Shown here: positions 56,372 to 64,000 of the stretch, in pieces | How positions within the stretch are numbered: position 1 is the stretch's first letter | Layout: every line of letters begins with the position of its first letter | NCBI GenBank assembly: GCA_016193485.1 | Contig: JACPRZ010000012.1 | Coordinates: 33,109 to 97,108 of the forward strand | Length of the DNA: 64,000 nucleotides | DNA from: Bacteroidota bacterium | GTDB taxonomy: Bacteria; Bacteroidota; Bacteroidia; JACPRZ01 | Direction: 5' to 3' | Made by a program: the position numbers and the translations under genes | The notes under the pieces: model-generated | Seen by the model: only the letters and a program-made list of their open reading frames with translations | Told to the model about the DNA's origin: nothing | The model's database searches: none

Positions 56372-57988
56372 TTAATGCTTAACTCTCCTCATCTGCTCCT
56401 CAAGTGAAATTATTGTATTACCTTTTTTTTCAGGAACCAGCGACATGGCATATTCCGACAACGCTGTAATGGTCAAACTTGGATTTACTCCGAGATTACA
56501 GGGAATTACCGAACCGTCAAGGATGTACATGCCCGGATAATTAAAGGCCTCAAATTTTTCGTTTATCATTCCTTCATCAGCATTTTTTCCCATCGGACAG
56601 CCGCCTATAATATGCGCTGTTGATGACATGTTGAACAGGATTTCAGTGGTTGCATTCTGAGGAATTCCATCAACTTTTTTTGCATACCTGAACATTGTTT
56701 TTTGTCCGATGTCAATATAAGAAGGAACACGGTTTTCTTTTTTGTTCTGAATGGAAATACGGAAAAACGGGAACTTTTTATATACCATTTTCATTGAACT
56801 ATCAAGGGATTGCATTACCAGAAAAATGACCGAGCGCGTTGCCCAGTTTTTTCCGAAAATATGTTTTGCAAAGCGGACGGGATGGAGAAAAATGTTTCCA
56901 AGTAATTTCAGGGGGCGCACCAACAGATTGCCGGGACCGGTGGCGATCATGGCAAATGCTTTCATGGAGTTTGAATCATCGGGATATTTAACGATTTCAA
57001 TATGGGTGGAATCGTCAGGGTTAAATACCGATGAAATGGATACACCCTGATTCAGTTTTTCCGATGCCGCGGTTACACCGCAAAGCATTTCGGAATTGGT
57101 GCGAAGATTTTCGCCAAGTTTTTTTGAAAGATGAGGCAGGGTTTTATATTTATATTTTTGTTTCAAAAGCAAGTCCATTGTTCCAAGTACGCCACCTGCA
57201 ATGACTAATCCCCTGCTGCGGAAGATATTTTTTTTCGTACTAAAAGATGAAGTTCCTGAACGTGTGTGGACGGAATATATTCCTTCGTGGAATACAATTT
57301 TTTCCGCTTTTGTTTCGGCTATAACCTGCGCACCGGATTTCTGAGCGAAGTAAAGGTAATTTTTATCCAGCGTATTTTTTGCATTATGTCTGCAGCCGAC
57401 CATACACCCCGCACATTCGGTGCATCCTTTGCGCATTGGACCGAGTCCGTTAAAATAGGGATCGGTTTCCTTATCGCAGTCACCAAAATATACACCGATG
57501 TCCACACCGTTAAAAGTTGAGGAGCGGTTCATTTCACCTGCAACTTCCCGTAAAACTTCATCAGCCCGGTAAAATGCTTTGTTACGCGTTGTGCCGAGCA
57601 TCCTGCGCGCTTTTTCGTAAAACGGGATAAGGGTTTTTTTCCACCCCGATTTATCCGGACAAAGGTGCGACCATGCGGGATTGCCGAAAAATTCATCCGG
57701 TGGAAACATGTGGGTGTTGGCGTAGCCCAAACTACCCCCCCCAACTCCGACACCGCTCAAAATCATCGTATTCTTAAAAAAGGTTATCTTCTGAAATCCA
57801 TGCCATCCGAATAAAGGAGCCCAGAAATATTTTTTAAAATTCCAGTTGGTTTTCGGGAAATCTTCATTCCGGTAATGTTTTCCTTTTTCAATAACGAGGA
57901 CTGAATAACCTTTTTCGGAAAGGCGCATAGCCGAAACCGAGCCGCCAAAGCCGGAGCCGATGATGATGTAGTCAAGTACTTCTGCCAT
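56372..57988 (-). CDS. GMC-family FAD-dependent oxidoreductase (cholesterol-oxidase/choline-dehydrogenase-like)
   Basis: DYIIIGSGFGGSVSAMRLSEKGYSVLVIEKG Rossmann motif. 538 aa. Confidence 0.8.
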   Translation of the reverse strand: MAEVLDYIIIGSGFGGSVSAMRLSEKGYSVLVIEKGKHYRNEDFPKTNWNFKKYFWAPLFGWHGFQKITFFKNTMILSGVGVGGGSLGYANTHMFPPDEFFGNPAWSHLCPDKSGWKKTLIPFYEKARRMLGTTRNKAFYRADEVLREVAGEMNRSSTFNGVDIGVYFGDCDKETDPYFNGLGPMRKGCTECAGCMVGCRHNAKNTLDKNYLYFAQKSGAQVIAETKAEKIVFHEGIYSVHTRSGTSSFSTKKNIFRSRGLVIAGGVLGTMDLLLKQKYKYKTLPHLSKKLGENLRTNSEMLCGVTAASEKLNQGVSISSVFNPDDSTHIEIVKYPDDSNSMKAFAMIATGPGNLLVRPLKLLGNIFLHPVRFAKHIFGKNWATRSVIFLVMQSLDSSMKMVYKKFPFFRISIQNKKENRVPSYIDIGQKTMFRYAKKVDGIPQNATTEILFNMSSTAHIIGGCPMGKNADEGMINEKFEAFNYPGMYILDGSVIPCNLGVNPSLTITALSEYAMSLVPEKKGNTIISLEEQMRRVKH

Positions 57989-58003
57989 GATAAATTCTTT
58001 GAT

Positions 58004-59179
58004 TTACTGACGTTTTTGAAGGTTATTCTGATAATTAACTTCATCTAAAATCAGTTTCCCCAGGATTTCGTGCATGATTTGGGTTGTGCCGGCTCCCACT
58101 GTCAACAACCGGGCATCTCTCCATGCCCTTGCTAATCCGTAATCTTCCATGTAGCCCACACCGCCATGCAGTTGCAATGCATCATTGATTACTTTCATAC
58201 ATTCTTCAGATGTAAACGCCTTTGCCATAGTAACGATCTCTACTGCATTGCTTCCCTTTTCAATAAATTCGGCTACTGCGCGGTATGAAATTGAACGGCA
58301 CGCTTCCACCGTAACAGCCATTTGCGCCAATTTATGCCGTATCACCTGGAACTTGCTTATGGGCCGTCCGAATGCCTGCCGCTCCATGGTATATTGCTTT
58401 GCCTTCTTTAATGCCCAATCGGCAATAAAAGTACCAGTCACCGCTGCCAATAATCGCTCTTCCTGAAAATTATTCATAATGTAATAAAAACCATGCCCTT
58501 CTTCTCCTATCAGGCATGATTTGGGCGCCTTGCAATTTTCAAAAAACAACTGGGCGGTATCTGAAGTATGCATGCCGAGTTTATTATGGATAGGTATTGC
58601 AGAAAATCCCTTTGTTTCTTTATCAAGGATTAACAGGGATAAATTATCCTCACCTGTACGAACGGCTAAAACTACAAAATCGGCCATTGTGCCATTAGTG
58701 ATAAACGTTTTTGACCCGTTGATTAAATAGTGGTCCCCCATATTTTTGGCTGTTGTTATGATTCCCGCTACATCCGAGCCGGCTCCCGGCTCAGTGATTC
58801 CCAGTGCAGCTATTTTTTCACCTTTAAGAGCAGGCGCGAGATATTTATTTTTTTGTTCTTCTGTTCCAAGTGCGTTTATCAGGGGAAGCGGTAAATAAGT
58901 ATGTGCATATAAAGACATCGCCAGCCCGGCAATATTGGCATGAGCCATTTCTTCCGTAATGACTACGGCAGACCAGAAATCCATACCGCTTCCGGCATAT
59001 TTTTCGGGGAATGTTACGCCAAAAAATCCATGCTCTCCCATTTTCCTGAAAACATCTCTGCTGCAGATGTTGTTTTTTTCCCATTCTTCTACATAGGGAG
59101 TTATTTCTTTTTCAATGAACTTTCTGACGGATTGCCGCAATAATTCGTGTTCTTCGGTGAAAGGATTTGTGGTGAGCAT
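58004..59179 (-). CDS. Acyl-CoA dehydrogenase (isovaleryl/short-branched-chain type plausible)
   Basis: ACAD family, 391 aa. Motif ALGITEPGAGSDVAGI and the catalytic Glu region near the C-terminus. Confidence 0.85.
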   Translation of the reverse strand: MLTTNPFTEEHELLRQSVRKFIEKEITPYVEEWEKNNICSRDVFRKMGEHGFFGVTFPEKYAGSGMDFWSAVVITEEMAHANIAGLAMSLYAHTYLPLPLINALGTEEQKNKYLAPALKGEKIAALGITEPGAGSDVAGIITTAKNMGDHYLINGSKTFITNGTMADFVVLAVRTGEDNLSLLILDKETKGFSAIPIHNKLGMHTSDTAQLFFENCKAPKSCLIGEEGHGFYYIMNNFQEERLLAAVTGTFIADWALKKAKQYTMERQAFGRPISKFQVIRHKLAQMAVTVEACRSISYRAVAEFIEKGSNAVEIVTMAKAFTSEECMKVINDALQLHGGVGYMEDYGLARAWRDARLLTVGAGTTQIMHEILGKLILDEVNYQNNLQKRQ

Positions 59180-59335
59180 TTTTTTTTGCGTAATTTTATA
59201 GTGGACTAATAATTAGCTTTTTTATTACTGTTCAGATCTCCGGTATAATATTATCTTTATAATGCGAATAATGCAAATATTTACTAATGATACGAATGTC
59301 CTTTGTGAAAATGGTATTTTTATTCGTATTATTAG

Positions 59336-59352
59336 TCCCGCCAAAGGCGGGA
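59336..59352. other. Short hairpin tcccgcc-aaa-ggcggga in the AT-rich intergenic region between the acyl-CoA dehydrogenase and BKACE genes
   Basis: 7-bp GC stem with a 3-nt loop. No clear T-run in the orientation expected for the minus-strand genes. Confidence 0.3.
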
Positions 59353-59406
59353 TTCGTATATTTGTATTATTTTATTAATAAAACCAAATGATGCTGAGTA
59401 GTAACA

Positions 59407-60267
59407 CTATTTTTTAAAAGGCATATTGAGCATCGCCCGTGTTTCGTCAATGGAAGATACTTCTCTGCCAAGCATACGAACTAATTTAGATGTCGCTTCT
59501 ATCAGTTCTCCATTTGATTTTGCCATTTCTCCTTCGGGCAAATAAAAATTATCTTCTAATCCCGCACGAACATTGCCGTCAATAGTGATGGCGGCTGCAA
59601 TAAGTTGCCATTGTTTTCTTCCTATTCCAATCACTTGCCAGTGTGAACCCGGAGGCACGGATGCTGCCTGATGCAACAAATTCCGGGTTGAGATTTGCAT
59701 GCCGCCCAGGACACCCATCACAAAACTGAAAACAAACGGTTTTTGCAAAATCCCCATATCAATCAATGGCATAGCATTGTTGATGTGTCCATTGTCGAAT
59801 ACTTCCATCTCCGGCAGTGTCCCTGACTCTTTCATTTTCTCCAAATAAAATTTTATGTCGCTGAAAGAATTTTGAAAAACGAAATCGTGGTAAAACTGTT
59901 TATTCTTTGGCGAATAGATGGCATAGTTCATGGAACCCATGTTGAGCGCAGCCATATCCGGCTTGAGATCTGTGATATGATGGATACGTTCTTCTTTTGA
60001 AAGTGCGATTGCGCCTGTGCTGTAGTTAATAATAACGGCAGGACAAAGTTTGCGCACTTCTTCACCGATTCTTCTGTAAGTTTCAATATCATAAGCAGGC
60101 GAACCATCGTTGTTCCTTGCATGAATGTGCAGAATACTTGCGCCTGCATCTACTGCACGTTTGCCCTCTAAAGCAATTTCTTCGGGGGTGTAAGGAATGT
60201 ATGGACATTGCTCGCGCTTTGCCAGGACTCCGGTTAATGATGCGGTGATTACAATTTTATTTGCCAT
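59407..60267 (-). CDS. BKACE-family (DUF849) beta-keto acid cleavage enzyme, 3-keto-5-aminohexanoate cleavage enzyme-like
   Basis: 286-aa TIM-barrel family member with characteristic N-terminus IVITASLTG...PYIPYTPEEIA and a His/Glu metal-ligand pattern. Confidence 0.75.
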   Translation of the reverse strand: MANKIVITASLTGVLAKREQCPYIPYTPEEIALEGKRAVDAGASILHIHARNNDGSPAYDIETYRRIGEEVRKLCPAVIINYSTGAIALSKEERIHHITDLKPDMAALNMGSMNYAIYSPKNKQFYHDFVFQNSFSDIKFYLEKMKESGTLPEMEVFDNGHINNAMPLIDMGILQKPFVFSFVMGVLGGMQISTRNLLHQAASVPPGSHWQVIGIGRKQWQLIAAAITIDGNVRAGLEDNFYLPEGEMAKSNGELIEATSKLVRMLGREVSSIDETRAMLNMPFKK

Positions 60268-60290
60268 AATGCCTGATAATCAAATTTTCC

Positions 60291-61112
60291 TTATCTTCCT
60301 TTCCAAATTGGTTTTCTTTTTTCAATAAATGCCTTCATTCCTTCAGTTGCATCTTCGGTTTGAATTGTACGCTCAAGCATTTGTTTCAGATAGTGGTGGG
60401 ATTCGGATGCTGAAATATTTTTCAGGTTATCTAATGCTTCCAATCCTAACCGGATAGATGAAGGTGAATATTGAAAAATCTCATCCACCAGTGCCTGAAC
60501 TTCCGAATTGAGTTTTTCTTTCTCAACTACTTTACTCACTAATCCTATTTTTTCAGCTTCACTTGCATTGACTGCTTTTGCCCGCATGCAAAAATCAAAA
60601 GCGGCTCGTGGCGGCATAATTTGCAGCAAATTCTGCATAACCTGAAAAGGAAACAATCCACGTTTGACTTCCGGTAAACTGAATATTGTATTGGGCGTTG
60701 CAATAACGTGAGTACAACCGCAGATTATCAGAAATCCTCCTGCAAAAACGGGGGCATGAACTTTTGCGATGCATGGTTTGTGCAAACTGTTGAAAACATT
60801 TCCCAGAACAATTTCAGAAACCGGTTCAGGAACAGTAGAAATAGTTTCTTCCGTTTGCCCGGAAAATGACTTCAAATCAGCGCCTGAGCAGAACACATCA
60901 CCGTTAGCAGCAATAACCACCGCCCATAGAGCATTATTGTAATGAGCATAAGAAAGCGCGTAGGATATCTCTTTTAACATTACAGGGTTGAGCGCATTTT
61001 TTTTCTCCGGGCGGTTAAGGGTTATTGTCAGTACATGGTCATTCTCATCCACTAAAAGATGAGCAAATTTTTGATTGTTAAATTTGGCTGTTTGATCTGC
61101 CGGGTATAACAT
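60291..61112 (-). CDS. Enoyl-CoA hydratase/isomerase (crotonase-fold)
   Basis: 273 aa. Oxyanion-hole region AANGDVFCSGADLK and the crotonase fold. Confidence 0.8.
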   Translation of the reverse strand: MLYPADQTAKFNNQKFAHLLVDENDHVLTITLNRPEKKNALNPVMLKEISYALSYAHYNNALWAVVIAANGDVFCSGADLKSFSGQTEETISTVPEPVSEIVLGNVFNSLHKPCIAKVHAPVFAGGFLIICGCTHVIATPNTIFSLPEVKRGLFPFQVMQNLLQIMPPRAAFDFCMRAKAVNASEAEKIGLVSKVVEKEKLNSEVQALVDEIFQYSPSSIRLGLEALDNLKNISASESHHYLKQMLERTIQTEDATEGMKAFIEKRKPIWKGR

Positions 61113-61126
61113 GGTATAGACAATAA

Positions 61127-62710
61127 CTACATTCTGAAAATCCCAAACTCTTTAGTTCCTTCAAAGGGCGCATTATAGATTACCGACAGTCCCATTCCGA
61201 GGTAAAGCCGGGTCTTTCGGGGGTCTATAACGCCATCATCCCAAAGTTGCCCCGTTGCATAAAAAGCGCTGGATTGTTCATCAACCTGCTTTTCTAAAAC
61301 CGTAGCGCCTGCTTTTACATCTTCTTCTCTAACGAGTCCTGATTTTCGCTGCACCATCTGCATCACTCCGGCAAGTTGCTGCGCACCCATAACTGCTGTT
61401 TTTGAGTTGGGCCATGAAAACAGGAACCGCGGCTGAAAAGCCCTTCCGCACATAGCATAGTTTCCTGCACCATAAGAAGCGCCTATTATTACCGTCAGAG
61501 CCGGAACCGTACTGTTTGATACAGCATTTATCATCTTTGCCCCGTCTTTGATGATCCCCCCCTGCTCATATTTTTTACCTACCATAAACCCGGTTATGTT
61601 TTGAAGAAAGATCAGGGGGGTATTAGTCCTGTTGCACAACTGGATGAAGTGCGCGCCTTTATTGGCTGCCTCTGACACCAAAACGCCATTATTTGCAAGA
61701 ATTCCCACCTTGAAACCGTGAATGGAAGCATAGCCGGTGACTAAGGTAGGACCGTATTCCGGCTTGAATTCCAGAAATTTTGAGCCGTCTGTGATGCGGG
61801 CAATGATCTCACGCATATCAAAGGGGCGTTTTAGGTCAACGGCAACTATGCCCAATAATTCTTCAGCGTCATATACGGGCTCTTCGGCTTTTTGCGGGAA
61901 CTCTTCTGTTTGCTGACGAACATTTGTTATCTCCATCAGGTCGCGGGCGATGGCTATGGCTTCCTTTTCATCAGTGGCAAGAAAATCGGAAACACCTGAT
62001 ATGCGGCTGTGCATTTCAGCGCCACCGAGGGACTCATCATCCGACTCTTCCCCTGTAGCCATTTTTACCAGAGGCGGACCGGCAAGGAAAACCTTGGCGC
62101 CTTTTTTTACCATAATCACATAATCAGACATGCCCGGAATATAAGCCCCCCCCGCAGTGCTGTTACCAAAAACTACAGAGATTGTAGGTATTCCTTCTTT
62201 TGACCTGCGCGTTATTTCACGGAAGTTGGTACCGCCAAGGTTAAAAATTTTTGATTGTTCTTCCAGGTTGGCGCCTGCAGATTCCACTAAGTAAATTGTT
62301 GGGAGGCGGTTTTCCATGGCTATTTCGTTCAGCCGCATGGCTTTTTGCAGGGTAACATGGTCTATGGAGCCGCCTTTGATGGTTGCGATATTGGCAACGA
62401 TCATACAGAGTTTATTGCTCACCAACCCTATGCCTGCAGCCATGGTGCCGCCAAGTGTGAAACTATTTCTTCCAAACCCTGCTAATGGTAAAAGGTCCAG
62501 ATAAGGAGAATCCTTATCCACCAAAAGTTTAATTCTTTCGCGGGCTAAGAGTTTACCGGCTGTTCGTACGCGTTCAATATATTTTTCTTCTCCCTGCCAG
62601 ACGCTTTTCTTCATGAGGTCTTCCAACTCCAGCACTTTTTCATGCATTTTACCGTAGTTGGTTTTAAATGCTTCGGATTGCGTGTTTATCTTTGATATAA
62701 TTTTCCGCAT
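61127..62710 (-). CDS. Acyl-CoA carboxylase carboxyltransferase (beta) subunit (methylcrotonoyl-/propionyl-CoA carboxylase-type)
   Basis: 527 aa with tandem carboxyltransferase N/C domains. Family similarity (GGAYIPGMSDYV..). Confidence 0.8.
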   Translation of the reverse strand: MRKIISKINTQSEAFKTNYGKMHEKVLELEDLMKKSVWQGEEKYIERVRTAGKLLARERIKLLVDKDSPYLDLLPLAGFGRNSFTLGGTMAAGIGLVSNKLCMIVANIATIKGGSIDHVTLQKAMRLNEIAMENRLPTIYLVESAGANLEEQSKIFNLGGTNFREITRRSKEGIPTISVVFGNSTAGGAYIPGMSDYVIMVKKGAKVFLAGPPLVKMATGEESDDESLGGAEMHSRISGVSDFLATDEKEAIAIARDLMEITNVRQQTEEFPQKAEEPVYDAEELLGIVAVDLKRPFDMREIIARITDGSKFLEFKPEYGPTLVTGYASIHGFKVGILANNGVLVSEAANKGAHFIQLCNRTNTPLIFLQNITGFMVGKKYEQGGIIKDGAKMINAVSNSTVPALTVIIGASYGAGNYAMCGRAFQPRFLFSWPNSKTAVMGAQQLAGVMQMVQRKSGLVREEDVKAGATVLEKQVDEQSSAFYATGQLWDDGVIDPRKTRLYLGMGLSVIYNAPFEGTKEFGIFRM

Positions 62711-62894
62711 ATATACCTGTGTATGAATTACTGTTTATCAGTGTCGGTTACAAGTGCAGTTCTTATTTATTGAATTAATGGGATTCCCCAACACCAAAAT
62801 TGTTTTTTGGATTTATTTTGACTTTATTTTTTTCGGATTTCCCTGCCTGACGGCAGACAGGGGATTTAATTATTCGGATTTCATTAAATATCTT

Positions 62895-64000
62895 TTACAG
62901 TAACTTCTTCATCGCAAATTTAAGAAAACCGAGTTTGCCGGCTGAATATGGCGCATACCGTTGTTTTACATCAAAGAGAAACGACCGTTTCAGAACCGCC
63001 CTCTTATGAGAGAATGTTTCAAAACCGGTTTTCCCGTTGTATGCCCCCATGCCGCTGTTGCCTGTCCCGCCAAACGGAAGGTTCATATTGCCGAGGTGAA
63101 CAAATGCGTCATTGATGCAAACCCCACCGGATGATGTCTCATTCAGAATTTTATCAACGGTCTTTTTATTTTTTGAAAAAACATAAAGCGCAAGCGGCTT
63201 TTCACCCTTATTGATGAATGCAATGGCTTCTTCGGTTTTTTCATATTCAATAAGAGGCATAACGGGTCCGAATATTTCTTCCTGCATCACTTTGTCTCCC
63301 GGCTTCACATTATCAATTATGGTAGGTGCAATGTAACGTTGCGAAGCATCTGTCAGCCCTCCGGTAATGATATCCCCGGAAATAAGATTTTTTACCCGTT
63401 CAAAATGTTTTTGATTGATAATTCTTCCGAAATCAGGACTGGTTGAAGGGTCTTTTCCGAAAAATTCAGTTATGATCTCATTAACCCGGGTGATAAACCG
63501 GTTTTTTATTTCTTTATGTACGAGTATATAATCTGGCGCTACGCAGGTTTGCCCTGCATTGGTAAATTTTCCCCAAACGATACGCCTTGCCGTAACATCA
63601 AGGTTGATATCACGGTCAACAATTGCAGGACTTTTACCTCCGAGTTCAAGCGTAACGGGAGTGAGATGTTTTGCAGCGGCTTCATAGATAATTTTTCCTG
63701 TGGCGGTTCCTCCCGTAAAAAGGATGTAATCAAATTTCTCTTTAAGCAAGTCGGTTGTTTCGGGAATGCCTCCTTCAATAACGGCAAGGTATTCGGGCTT
63801 GAAGAATTCAGAAATCATTTTGGAGATGGCGGAAGAAGTTGCCGGTGCAAGTTCGGATGGCTTCAGCACACAGCAGTTACCGGCCGTCATGGCACCGAGG
63901 AGCGGACCGAAAAGGTTTTTTATAGGATAATTCCATGGGGAAATGATCAGGGCTACACCATAGGGTTCATAGCGGATATAACTTTTAGCAGGCAGGAAAA
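62895..64000 (-). CDS. NAD(P)-dependent aldehyde dehydrogenase family protein, partial (5' end beyond window)
   Basis: The frame stays open to the window edge. The ORF track shows only the internal-Met fragment (CVLKPSELAP, ELGGKSP, EIFGPV motifs of the ALDH superfamily). Confidence 0.8.
   Translation of the reverse strand, partial: FLPAKSYIRYEPYGVALIISPWNYPIKNLFGPLLGAMTAGNCCVLKPSELAPATSSAISKMISEFFKPEYLAVIEGGIPETTDLLKEKFDYILFTGGTATGKIIYEAAAKHLTPVTLELGGKSPAIVDRDINLDVTARRIVWGKFTNAGQTCVAPDYILVHKEIKNRFITRVNEIITEFFGKDPSTSPDFGRIINQKHFERVKNLISGDIITGGLTDASQRYIAPTIIDNVKPGDKVMQEEIFGPVMPLIEYEKTEEAIAFINKGEKPLALYVFSKNKKTVDKILNETSSGGVCINDAFVHLGNMNLPFGGTGNSGMGAYNGKTGFETFSHKRAVLKRSFLFDVKQRYAPYSAGKLGFLKFAMKKLL

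Overview
This 64-kb window looks like chromosomal DNA from a Bacteroidota genome. It encodes several gliding-motility / type IX secretion (T9SS) proteins: GldJ, a PorP/SprF protein, a GldE-like CBS protein and a SprB-repeat adhesin. It also carries the conserved Bacteroidota neighbourhoods coaX–OM protein–TPR–LptC-like–CBS and DUF4270–short glycogen synthase–panC. The left ~27 kb is core housekeeping: murF, glmS, coaX, rpmH (missing from the ORF track), pdxJ, mrdA–rodA, panC, rfaE2 and rlmB, plus two sensor histidine kinases. The middle holds three tandem paralogous GT-C (PMT/ArnT/GT39-like) membrane glycosyltransferases, a tRNA-Val and three T9SS cargo genes. One cargo gene is a 1514-aa SprB-repeat protein, and a radical SAM/SPASM enzyme sits between two of the cargo genes. 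At about 43–54 kb the sequence becomes AT-rich and accessory in character. It contains an AAA/DUF4143 ATPase, a Vsr–Dcm pair and a convergent, translationally coupled three-gene operon made of a MORC/MutL-like GHKL ATPase plus two unknown proteins; this operon is the best candidate for an undescribed restriction/defence module. The same region also holds a PIN/AbrB toxin–antitoxin pair and a PadR–PspC pair. The PadR–PspC pair is separated by an 8-bp x ~20 microsatellite and is flanked by two copies of a ~100-bp inverted-repeat element. The right end encodes paired GMC oxidoreductases and an acyl-CoA catabolic operon. Other features are operator-like palindromes upstream of the glycosyltransferase array, a recurring 23-bp GC palindrome, and many 8–9-nt G/C homopolymer tracts inside coding sequences. 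All coordinates obtained by character counting may be off by 1–2 bp.
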